A stretch of DNA of 63,659 nucleotides, the filler included, from Octopus bimaculoides (taxonomy: Eukaryota), in assembly GCF_001194135.2 (NCBI RefSeq). It is 7 parts of 7 records of this genome, joined end to end, with 100 filler letters (N's around TTAATTAATTAA, not from the genome) between each part and the next. Parts side by side here need not be neighbours in the genome. Positions count along the whole stretch, not along the records: positions 1 to 31,872 come from NC_068982.1; 6 more parts are not named here. One strand, 5' to 3'. The notes beneath the pieces are model-generated. The model did no database searches, was not told where the DNA came from, and saw only the letters and a program-made list of their open reading frames with translations. A program made the translations under genes and the position numbers. Below are positions 14,000 through 25,956 of the stretch, piece after piece. Position 1 is the first letter of the stretch; each line of letters opens with the position of its first letter.

Positions 14000-14790
14000 C
14001 ACATACCTGTACGTATATATGCATATACTCATTTACTATTTGTTTTTACATGATTCTCCAATTCGTAAGTAGTTTTTCGTAAACTTATATTTTCCGACGC
14101 TACTCTACCTCTTTCTCTTCCTCTATCATTTTTCCCCCTCTCGTACTTCCTCTTTACTACTACGTATCTCGCTTTACCCCTCTCGTTCTCCCTCTGTTAG
14201 TTCTACGTATCTCTTTTTCCCCCTCGTACTTCCTCTCTTTCTCTTTTCCTTTCGTTGCTCACCTATTCTTCTACTTCCTCCCTTTGCTTCTCCCTCTACC
14301 ACTCTCTCTCTTCCCTTTACACCGGCATGGTCACATGCTTCCGGTCAATAATCCTTTTCTTCGTTGGCTATCGCCGAGCAAACACGCGTAACTACTTCGT
14401 CCCTTTCAAGTTCGTGCCTCACAGCGTTCATACACAAATAATTTTTCTCGTCTGGCCGTAAAGCCTTTTCTGTTTGTTTTCCTGTCTTGTTTTTTGTCTG
14501 CCACTACATTCCTCCATGGCAAGATTTAATTTGTGTATACAAATTTAATTTGCGGTCCATGGGAAGAGACTTTTTAACGATGCGTCCTGCCTAGCTCTTC
14601 GAAACGCCGGTGTTAAAACGGAGGTAGCTGATGAAGTAGAATGTTCTGTATGTGGCTTGTGTGTTTTCCCGTCTACGTTTTGTTTGCAATGTCCTGTACC
14701 AAGATATGCACCTATACATACAGGTGGATGTCGGTACGCACATACCTTTACGTATATATGCATATACTCATTTACAATTTGTTTTTACAT
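14000..14790 (+). mobile_element. Non-coding retrozyme or Penelope-associated-like element with ~52-bp terminal direct repeat, carrying the hammerhead-like motif
   Basis: cacatacct.tacgtatatatgcatatactcatttac..tttgtttttacat occurs at 14000-14051 and 14739-14790 (period 739). No long ORF. The left end abuts an N gap. Confidence 0.5.
14582..14640 (+). ncRNA. Hammerhead-ribozyme-like motif with rearranged (non-circularly permuted) strand order
   Basis: GCGT-C-CTGCCT-AG-CTCTTC-GAAACGC-spacer-AGGTAG-CTGATGA-A-GTAGA. Stem III GCGT(14582-85)/ACGC(14604-07), site GTC at C14586, stem I CTGCCT(14587-92)/AGGTAG(14622-27), core CTGATGA 14628-34, GAAA 14601-04. Confidence 0.65.
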
Positions 14791-14849
14791 ATATATATAT
14801 ATATGTATGTATGTATGTATGTACGTATGTATGTATGATTGACCGCTAT

Positions 14850-15050
14850 CTGTGTGTGTGTGTTTGTCCCCCAACCATCTCTTGACATAGATGTTGGTGC
14901 GTTTACATCCCCATAACTTAGCGGTTCGGCAATAGAGACCAATAGAATAAGTACTAGACTTACAAAGAAGTCCTGGAGTCGATTTGTTCGACTAAAAAAG
15001 GCGGTGTTCCAGCATGGCCGCAGTGAAATATCTGAGGCAGATAAAAGAAT
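14850..15050 (-). mobile_element. SINE 3' module B copy
   Basis: tttgtcccccaacc...gcggttcggcaatagagaccaatagaataagtactag...gatttgttcgactaaa...agcatggccgcag, opposite orientation to 52890-53120. Confidence 0.7.
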
Positions 15051-15086
15051 ACACATATATATATATATATATATATATGTAAACGA

Positions 15087-15123
<37 letters not shown>

Positions 15124-15252
15124 AATAAAGGGTAAAGGATTATTAATTTATTCATAAATAAATAATTAATAATTTTTACCAAGTACTTCGGTATGTAAAA
15201 ACGATTATCGGTAAAGAACTTGTTTAAAAGTTCTTTTAAATTTATAAACATA

Positions 15253-15429
15253 ATTAAGGGATCAGCAACAGTTGCTTCGCCACATACCGAAATTTAGAAA
15301 TAGCAGTTAAAGTGCTTCTTGTTTTGCCTTTGTGAGTTACAGGTATTGCTATCTGTTGGAGTTTTAGCACTTTAACTGCTATTTCTAAATTTCGGTATGT
15401 GGTGAAACAACTCTTGCTGATCCCTTAAT
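15253..15429. mobile_element. MITE or foldback element with ~64-bp inverted arms
   Basis: 15253-15316 pairs with 15366-15429 (ccacataccgaaatttagaaatagcagttaaagtgct / agcactttaactgctatttctaaatttcggtatgtgg). Confidence 0.8.
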
Positions 15430-15442
15430 GTTTATATATATA

Positions 15443-15476
<34 letters not shown>

Positions 15477-15559
15477 CATATGTGTATGTATGTATGTATG
15501 TACGTATGTATGTAGGTATTATGTATGTAGGAAATTTCTTTTTTACGTGTATCAATCAT

Positions 15560-15740
15560 TAAGCTGCGGATATGCTGGACCACCACCTTGAGGAATTTTA
15601 TTTGAATAAATCGACTCCAGTAGATTGTTTTAAAGCATTGTACTTATTTTATAGGGTCTTTTGCCGAACTGTTAAGTTACTAAGATGTAAGCAAACCAGC
15701 AGTGGTTGTCAAGCGGTGGGGAGAGACAAGCACAGGCACA
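15560..15740 (+). mobile_element. Diverged SINE 3' module B
   Basis: gctgcggatatgctgga...gtacttattttatagggtcttttgccgaac...ggttgtcaagcggtggg. Further copies at 38670-38830 and 55740-55835. Confidence 0.55.
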
Positions 15741-15774
15741 AAGATACACTCACACATATATGTATGTGTTTGCA

Positions 15775-15847
<73 letters not shown>

Positions 15848-16479
15848 CCCGTGACGTTGTGCAGTTAAATCGAACTCGGAATAAATTGGTTGTCAACAAG
15901 TGTAGTTCTATGTCCTTGCCAACTTTCCACAACTTGCCAATGCACTCAGTTACAACAAAACAATATTAGCTGAAGCTCTCAACAATCAATGCCTTGTCTA
16001 TAGAATGGAATTTAATTACTGCTTCCTTTATCTTCCAGTTTTGACTTCTTATTCTACCCCGAGCGAAGCTGGAATGTGTCTCGTTCTTGAAAGCTGATTT
16101 GCTCTCGAGGTCTTCAAATAGTTAACCGTGACACAATGTTCTGCGAATTCACTTATACAGAACGAAGAGTTTGTTTGTCAGCTCACTTTGAAATATATAA
16201 TAATTTATTCAATAAAAATCACCTGCAGATAGTTCCTGATAATTTTCAAGAAGAAATAACATTTATTTATTTATATTTTACAAATACATCAAAAAAAATT
16301 CTTTGTAATAGTCTGTGATAATGTTGAACACTGAATTCTTTCGTAAATAAGTTCGAACAACATGACTAATGAATAATAATATTCTTAAGATTAATTTTCA
16401 TCTTATCGAAATCGTTCTGAGAATAGAATTTACTTATTTTACATTTCGTCTCAAGTGATTTCTGTATTTAGATTCTGTA

Positions 16480-16545
<66 letters not shown>

Positions 16546-19500
16546 TGTGTGTGTGCGTGTGTGTGTGTGTGTGTGCGTGCATGTGTGCGTGCATGTGTGT
16601 GTGCTGAGTGAGTCTGTCTGTGTGTGTGAATGGGTGCATATATTTGTACGCATATCTCTTTGGGTGTGCTTGTGAGGGATAGATATTTTCTGTACAAGTA
16701 TGTGCTTATGTAACTGTGCTTATGTTTATATTGGTTTGTTGCAGCACTTGTTATTGGGATCTTAATCTATAAAAAAAAATATGGTAATATGTTTTAGAAA
16801 TTTTGTATTCCATACACAACCAACTGATAATATACTCAAATTATGTTTTGAACATCTGGAAAGCAATTTTGCAATGAATTTTGTCTAGCGTTATACAATA
16901 GTGATAAATTCCAGGTGAGCCAATCTCGCAGCATGGTTAAGATTTCAATTTGTAGACAATTGATAACATTTTCTCTGTTTTTCCTCTCTAATAAGTCATG
17001 AACATCTCATTTATTCATACTATTATAATCATAGTTTACAACTGCAGATTGTCACAAATATGTAAAGGAGGCAAGTGTCGATTCCATTAACTCCAACTAT
17101 ATACCAGACACTTATTTATCAACCTCAAACGATGAAATTTAAGTACGATTTCGATTTGATTTCAAATGAAAAAGTTGGAGAATGAACTTAAATACTATGA
17201 ACTTAGTCATATTCTCACTGTTTCAATTACTCCATCACCAGTTCTTTCAGAAATATTATAGGGCCCTTTGTTCATGTCAAAGAAAAGAAATGTCTATCAT
17301 AACAATTGCAATTAACTTCCTTTACTGTCTTCCAATAATATACATATCGCTCTCTCCAGCATAATGCCAATTATGTCAGAATAATCGAATGACTGATAGT
17401 TATATATCCATCCCTCTACCATGAAATAAACTTTATAATCAATAACGTACGACACCAAATTTGACACTATATAGCATTTAATCCCATAATATATCTGTGT
17501 CAATAAGAGTGCGATAATTAATCCTGGTAATATAATTTGAAGAGATTATTGTTAGCTAAATTTATAGAGAACCAAAGTAGGATTCAAATGTCGGGGGTTC
17601 ATTTCCTTTCATCAGTACTAAATATATGTTTACCTCAGAACTGTATAATTCCTTTAGTTATAAATAACAGAGCGGATGACTATGCCTGAACAATGTTACA
17701 ATAGATGGTTACCTAAAACAGTTAGCAGAAGAAATGACACATTCTACTAAAACATCTTCGATCCTCAATCCTCGTGCTAATAGGGGAAATGTTGCATTTT
17801 GTGGTCTGAGTTAAGCGATAGTTGATGTTGATATTATACTGGTATGCAATATTGGATACATGTAAATATACTAAATATGCATAAATAGTATAACATTACA
17901 ATATATAAAAGTCCAATTATTGTGTCAAAGAATTGGAATTTATTTTACAAATAAATTCCAATTCTAAAACCAAACTCGCGCGCACACACACACATACACA
18001 GAGCGACGCCATACAAGCCCCACGTCACCCCACTTTACTAGGTGACCAAATCCGACACACAAGATGCGAGTATTTAAATAGAAAAGAAAATTGTTCAGTT
18101 TACTCCTCCCCACATTCAAGAAAAAAATATTTGGAGAAGTTTTTGATGGACAAAAAGCAAGAACAAAATCCTCAGTATTCTTACATTTTGTCTCCTCTTC
18201 ATTGACACTAATCCCAACATCATCACTCATTTTGAACTAATGACAGATGTATAATTTAGCGAGTGCCTACTTGTTAATGCAGTAATATCTACAATAATTT
18301 CTCATACCATTGTCCTCTTCTGTCTATTTTCAGTGATTTATTCTTCCGGCATTCTACAGATCAGAACCAATCAGTCCATGGTTGAACCTCTGCCTTTCTA
18401 ACGTAGCTTTTTCACTGGCATCATTGTACTCGGTACTGCAAGTTGACAAATAAATACATCAATTTTAGAACCCTTCCAGCCGCTTACAGCAATAGTACCT
18501 GTCTCTAGCTACACTATATTTTCTCCAGTGGCACTATGCAGTGCACTGACTTGATACGAACTGTTAATTTCGTATATGGATACCAGGTATTCTATCCTCT
18601 CCATCATCTACTCCTCTTTTCACCAACCATAGTATTTATGCACAATGAGATAGACTAAGACAGCCATAATTTGCTGGTCATAATGCAATGTTGGCCGGAA
18701 TTACTATTCAAAATGCGAACTATTCAACCAAAACTGATTCAATCGATTGAACCAACTGCAGTATAATTATTAATATATATTTGTGTGTATGTCTGTGCGA
18801 AAGTATGTGTATTTGTGTGTGTATGTTTACCTATGAAGAAAAATGAATTTATAACACAAGGAATAATAATAAGTTGATGAAGCAGAATATTTTATCATCC
18901 TCTCCTACACCTGATCAATTTTATACTCTACTTTTGGTATGTTCTGGTGATTGGTATGTAAGGAAAGACACAAAACTCTTCTTCATTGAAGGACATATTG
19001 TTCAGGCTGATTCTAACCGAGTAAGGCGGGTAGGAGATATTGATTATATTCTCGTGGGACATTGTCTACGTTCTTCCTCCGTCAATAATCTCAAAATTTC
19101 ATTATACTTACACACTCAGCTGTTCTGAAAATGTGTTTCTCTATGATTGGGAATAATACTATTTGTAGATTTCTCTCTCATCTGGCCTTCGGTCTGTGTT
19201 ATACTGGAAAATTGTGTAATTCCATTAGCTTTCACCTCTGTATCTGAACTATGACATCAATTATTAGTTTGCTCTCTAAGGAGTTATTGAGATCAATTTA
19301 TCTCGTTTGAGATACAGTAAATTTCTTTCTCTGCAGGATACCGTTAAGTGAAATATTTACACGTGAATGTATACTTATTTATCCTACAGTAAGGAGTTCT
19401 ATATTTGCACATATGAAACAAAAGTCGTGATGTGCATTCAAAGGCGTTTATGAACCGATATCTATTTGGAAGGAATTTTTCAGACGAGCTAATATAATAT

Positions 19501-20744
19501 GCTCTAAAGGTCTCTTTATTTGCTAAGAAGTTAGATCGCATGATACAGAGTACATCTGAACTATGAGTTCAAATTCCACTACCATATTTCTTCTCTTTTT
19601 TTCTTTTTTGTATTTGTTTTTCTCTTACACCTGACTCAAAGCCAAGGATATCCTAGTAACATGCTAATGTTAATATGAACTACCGTACATTATCATATTT
19701 ATATATTAGAATGCATTTAAAAATCAGTATTGTATTGAGTAATAATAATGCTGAGAACAAAAGAGTCCTTACATATATATGTATATATATATATATNNNN
19801 NNNNNNNNNNNNNNNNNNNNNNNNNNNNNNNNNNNNNNNNNNNNNNNNNNNNNNNNNNNNNNNNNNNNNNNNNNNNNNNNNNNNNNNNNNNNNNNNNNNN
19901 NNNNNNNNNNNNNNNNNNNNNNNNNNNNNNNNNNNNNNNNNNNNNNNNNNNNNNNNNNNNNNNNNNNNNNNNNNNNNNNNNNNNNNNNNNNNNNNNNNNN
20001 NNNNNNNNNNNNNNNNNNNNNNNNNNNNNNNNNNNNNNNNNNNNNNNNNNNNNNNNNNNNNNNNNNNNNNNNNNNNNNNNNNNNNNNNNNNNNNNNNNNN
20101 NNNNNNNNNNNNNNNNNNNNNNNNNNNNNNNNNNNNNNNNNNNNNNNNNNNNNNNNNNNNNNNNNNNNNNNNNNNNNNNNNNNNNNNNNNNNNNNNNNNN
20201 NNNNNNNNNNNNNNNNNNNNNNNNNNNNNNNNNNNNNNNNNNNNNNNNNNNNNNNNNNNNNNNNNNNNNNNNNNNNNNNNNNNNNNNNNNNNNNNNNNNN
20301 NNNNNNNNNNNNNNNNNNNNNNNNNNNNNNNNNNNNNNNNNNNNNNNNNNNNNNNNNNNNNNNNNNNNNNNNNNNNNNNNNNNNNNNNNNNNNNNNNNNN
20401 NNNNNNNNNNNNNNNNNNNNNNNNNNNNNNNNNNNNNNNNNNNNNNNNNNNNNNNNNNNNNNNNNNNNNNNNNNNNNNNNNNNNNNNNNNNNNNNNNNNN
20501 NNNNNNNNNNNNNNNNNNNNNNNNNNNNNNNNNNNNNNNNNNNNNNNNNNNNNNNNNNNNNNNNNNNNNNTATATATATATATATATATATATATTTGCA
20601 TGTATGTATGTATATCCAGAAGTAATCCAGGTGGAAGGCTCGTGTGTAGATGAAGAGAGGTGCAGAAATTCCAGGTAGAAGTCCGAAGTGTAGGAAGTTA
20701 AAGTAGGATTAATCTGGTCCGATCACCTGAGCGTGCAACATATG

Positions 20745-21006
20745 GTTGAAATTTACAGTAAAACAGAAGACGAAGACAGGTGTACAAACAACAAACAGGT
20801 GTATTAGTTTAACGCTCGGGAAGGTGAGAACCTATCTCTAAAAGCTTTTTTGTATCCTCTCTCTGTTTATTTCCTTGTGTTCCTTTCTGTTGAACAGCGT
20901 ACTCTCGAAACGTAAAAGATTTTCTCACCTTCCCGAGCGTTAAACTAATACCCGTGTTTGTTGTTTATACACCTGTCTTCGTCTTCTGTTTTACTGTAAA
21001 TTTCAA

Positions 21007-21007
<1 letters not shown>
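20745..21007. mobile_element. Foldback element with ~86-bp inverted arms and a degenerate minimal hammerhead-like motif in the spacer
   Basis: 20745-20830 pairs with 20922-21007 with few mismatches. Spacer contains CTTT-CTGTTGA...GAAACGTA-AAAG. Confidence 0.75.
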
Positions 21008-21042
<35 letters not shown>

Positions 21043-22479
21043 ATGCATGTATGTGTCTTCATTTGAAATATATGCACCTACACATACATACAAACATACA
21101 TACATAGAAACAAACAAAGATACGTTCGTATGTTTGTATGTATGCAAGTACGTATAGGTGTATGTTTGTAATATATGTATGTATATGTATATACTTACAA
21201 ATCTGCGTGGCAGCGGGAGTAAATTAAGTGAAATAACATGGTCTAATAGTAAGGATGTTCGACCCGTGGTCTCATTTTCTTGACAAAGGATTGCTTTATG
21301 TCGACTAATACACTTCATTGAGCATTAATGTAATGTATACCAGTGCAGTGCTGGTGCAACTCTGCCACCCTCCGCTGTCACATCTTGTATTTTTCATTGG
21401 CTCGAGGGTGGTGTGCTGAGATTATATCTATCTCTGCTCTTGATTACATAGGTATTTAAATCAATTAACTCAAGCCTGTCTGTGCATGTTCGTGGACTTA
21501 TACATACATATAAAAATCGATACAACTCTGCCAATATAAATTAAATTTAAAAAATGAAACCAATAAAATTAGATCACAAAAACGAAATATCACATGGTAT
21601 AATGCTCTCTATAGAATTCTTGTAGCCTCGGATATTCTACGAATCTTTCTTTAAGGTATTAGTTTAAAACGTTGCCCTCTCTATAAGATACACTAAGATA
21701 TTAAGCGGATGTACCGTGAAATTTGCGTATTCCACAAGGCCCAATCTAGCAAATAATATAACAGATTTTAACTGAAAGAAATTGAATACTATTAGGAATA
21801 GTTATCTTTACTAACCTAGGTCTGTTACAAGTAAGATATATTTATCTGATTGCAAACAAGTGATGATGATAGTATGAGAATACACTGTACCTTTTCGTAA
21901 TAACATTGATAAAATAAAAACTGTCGCTTACGGCAACAAGCTAACATTATGTAGAAACCGTGATAAATGCTCTTTAAATGACAATGGCTGTGAAATAATT
22001 TAATAGATAACCGCTGGGTTAAAATGCTTACTGAAGTCCATTATTACATAGGAGCGACAGCTTCAGGATTCAAGATCAGACACATAAACATCTTCATTCT
22101 TTTAAATACAAAATAAAAGAACAGAACAATTTGTAAGAGAAGTTCATCTTGATCCTCAAGAAATAAAATACAGTCTACAAAATTTCATAAGTCAAGTATA
22201 AGAAATGCTCTCCCGTGCAAAGTTGGTGGCAACAGCTGTGATATGTGCTCGGTAGAGATTTTGGAAGTCCTCAATTCTGGATGTCGAATAATTTATAAGC
22301 ATAACGAGTTTTAATCCGTGGTTCCCTTTTCTTTAATAAAACCTTCTTAAAATTTTCCAAATAAAAATTCCACACGCCCAACGTACGTTGATTCAACTAA
22401 TATTAATGCTAGTGTCCTTACCTAATTGGTTCTCATCAAAGAAAGAAGTTTAGCTTTCAGCGTACTTGCGGAAGCGATG

Positions 22480-22800
22480 ATGACAGAATTACAAACGAAA
22501 CTCATACTACTAGCCCTGTGCTTCCCGGAGCTGACTGGACTTATTCTGCAGTCAGCCAGACATTTCCGATCCACTCTATTCTCTCATTTCATCGCCCCTG
22601 TTGTGTGCAACTATTCAAATCTTCCAATAACTATTACGGTGAAATCTTATTACCCACAAATCTGAATCGAAGGAATTCTGTGCCTGTGCTCATATCTTTC
22701 CCATAAATGTTGACTTACAAAGATTCAAGAGGAATATTAATATCGTCAGTCTTACCTGTCTAAGAAGGTCCTTGAAAGCATGGGCATTGCACCTGCCACC
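22480..22800 (+). mobile_element. L2/Jockey-group LINE 3' end fragment
   Basis: Peptides ELTGLILQSARHFRST...HP-like and HIFPINVDLQRFKRNIN resemble the C-terminus of Crack/L2-group RTs. Confidence 0.5.
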
Positions 22801-22955
22801 ACACCAACCAAGTAAATAGAAAGTAAATCACGATTATAAGCTGGTTTACGTTGGATTTGTTTGTAGAATAAATTAGTTATGTCTTTAATAAAGTAAATGA
22901 GCTAAGTTTTTATTTGTTAGTCTCATCTCACTCTTTGCTCGCTATTTCTCACTCC

Positions 22956-22959
<4 letters not shown>

Positions 22960-23037
<78 letters not shown>

Positions 23038-23222
23038 CGCTGACTCACTCTGCTTCGGAATCGGAATCAACCGAGAAAAAGCGCTCACATCAAAGACCAA
23101 GCAATCTTTTCAACACAACTCTGAGGATATGGAAAGAAAGGAAGGAAGAAAGAAAGAAAGGAAGGAAGAAAGAAAGAAAGAAGGAAGGAAGGAAGGAAGG
23201 AAGGAAGGAAGGAAGGAAGGAA
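22960..23222. repeat. (CT)n and (GAAA/GGAA)n microsatellites
   Basis: Direct reading of the sequence. Representative of dozens of (TA)n, (CA)n, (TATG)n and (GATA)n tracts across the window, most of which flank N gaps. Confidence 0.95.
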
Positions 23223-23499
23223 GGACATACTTAATAACTAGAAATAAGTACGATGGGAAAAAACCAGTATTGTTTAATGACGAATAGTATTTCCAATTAT
23301 TCCGGCAACTGACGACTGTTTCAATCTTACTCTGACCTTATTCAATCAAACTCAATACAATACTTGTTTAAGTGATGATGAAACACTGATTAAAAATGCG
23401 AAATTGTACACTGGTAACCGTAGAAAAATAAGAATTATTGTTATGAGTTTTAGCCTAGAGGCTGTGGTCATGCTGGGACATTCCCATTGTAATCACATT

Positions 23500-24335
23500 T
23501 TCAATGACCATTCTTTTCTGATTGGCTTTTGGTGAAAGAGGGAGTTCGATATTGTTGCCCTCTTTTGAGTTTTTTGCTGTAATGTAGGTTCATCTGAGAT
23601 TTTGGACAGAATTAATCAAGTTGTATCTTGAAAGCATCTTGCTCTACTCAATGTAGATATCCCAGATATTTTGGCAGGATATCAAATAGCCGTAGGCCCT
23701 TGAATTCCAAGCTATTGCAATATGTTCCTCACTATAGAAGGGAAGGCTGCCATATCTGGAACAGTACGGTGATGTCCAGTCGATGCCAAAGTTCGGTACC
23801 AACTCCTCCAGGATCTTCCATACATATATCTCTGCATATCCTTTTTGCCTACGCTCCAGGGAATAGAGTCTTAATTATTTCAGTCTCTCCCGGTAGCTCA
23901 ACCATTCCATTGATGCAGTCTTCCTGGTATAGCACCGCTGAACTGCTTCAAGCTCTGCTATTAGTTTGACATTGTGTGGTAACCACAGTAGTGAACAGTA
24001 ACCCAGATGGCTGAGGACCAAATATCCTCCATAGAATCAGTATAATTTTCTGGTCCCTTGCTCTGAAAGTTCTCAAAATCCATCCATTCGCTTGCACATT
24101 GCCACCATCTTGATAATATGCACGTTAAATGAGGCGTTGTTATCATAGGAATCTCCAGATCACGCTCTTTACTCGACTCAGGGATTGCTGCTCCTTTTGG
24201 TCTAATATATCTTTTTTCGGCATGTTAGCAAAAGCTGGTTGATAGCGGAGTGCTTGGAATTTTCCTGCATTAAATTGCATGTTGTTTTCTCCAACTCATT
24301 TATAATTTACATCTAGCTCTTTCTGTAGAAAATAA
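23500..24335 (-). mobile_element. Decayed CR1-like LINE, RT C-terminal part
   Basis: Frameshifted peptides NNMQFNAGKFQAL, GWILRTFRARD and ELEAVQRCYTRK...SYRERLK*LRLYSLERR...IYVWKILEELVPNFG. Confidence 0.8.
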
Positions 24336-25694
24336 ATATCGAAAGGTTTTGACTGCTTGTACTTATTTTGTGCTAGTAAGTGTGAATGTTGTAACAGATA
24401 GTATGCCCGAAAGAACTACCCTAAACAGCAACAGCCCCAAACTCCACTCGCTCTTACTCTCTCCTTGGAGCGGCAAAAACGAGGAAATAGAAAAAGTGAG
24501 AGGGATAGAAAAATATATCCATATAATGTAAAGATAAAGACTCAATCAGAGAAAAAGATTCCAGTCTAACGTAATAATAAAAGCAACTAGTAGTTTATAT
24601 CGAAGAAGGCAGAAAAAAATGATAAGAATAAACTTTTGTTTCTCTTACTTTGAGACTGGCCAGATTAAAACAAATTAAATTTCTCTACCTTTTAATGGTC
24701 TTATTTTCGTGATTTGTTATTGAAAAATGTAAACAAACTTCTAATTCCAGAAATTCTTGTACTTGATATTTTAGCAATCTACAAAATTACATACTAACGC
24801 TTGCTATATATAAGGTGCCATATTACGACAGCAGTTTGTGAGAGAAAAGTAGTCAACATAGATATGAAGTTCTATTTCCTCAACTACATGGTGAGCTGAC
24901 ATTGATCTTTTGACACCGGAAAATTCCTCACAACTGCGTTACGGTTGATCTAATTAAAATATTCTTTCATTTGTGGAATATTTGCAGTATCTAAAGCAGA
25001 AATAGTTTAGACTTCAGTTCAATTCGATCTAATTGGGATTTTTCAAAGTTTTTCAGAGGCTTAACTTGATGCATTTTGGCAATCCGTCGCCATTTTTATT
25101 GAGAAAATATTTAGGTCATGATTAAAATAACTAAGCTGACTTACTGTTTTCGAGTTGGAAATACTTCACTGATGAGGTGAGAATACCATCAAAACATACC
25201 TGAAAATGTCATCCGTAAAATATATTCTCTCCCCTTTCTGCATATTTCTAATAATCTTTGAAAATACTTCCTGCATGAAAGATGCTAACTCTAATTTAAT
25301 CTAACTGAAAGATTAGCTAAACCATTCATATTATTCATTTTCAAATATTTCTTGGTACAAAATCTTTGTTTGTTGCATCAATAAAGACATACTACAAAGA
25401 GAACTGTCTGTAATATCTCTTTATCCTTCCAGTTTCAGAGGTAGCGATATGATATACAAACTGACAATAGAATTGTGAATATATCTTTTGCAATTGGTAA
25501 GAACAAATAATCGCTTACTTTTATCTCTCTTCTGCCTCTTCTCACTATTTTCATATTTTGTCTGTGCATGTTGAATAATTTAGCTGCTAGCTAGGATAAA
25601 AACTACTTCTTTATTCGGTAAATCTGTTGTATATTTTTATATTTAGCTTCTTCACACACACGCACACACACGCACATACACACGCACATACACG

Positions 25695-25730
<36 letters not shown>

Positions 25731-25892
25731 ATATTTACATACATACATACATACATACAGACATACAGACATACATATATATATATATATNNNNNNNNNN
25801 NNNNNNNNNNNNNNNNNNNNNNNNNNNNNNNNNNNNNNNNNNNNNNNNNNNNNNNNNNNNNNNNNNNNNNNNNNNNNNNNNNNNNNNNNNNN

Positions 25893-25956
<64 letters not shown>

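Noticed and set aside
25166-25195. CTGATGA-GGT-GAGAAT-ACC hairpin
   Set aside because: No GAAA follows the stem and there is no cleavage-site strand.
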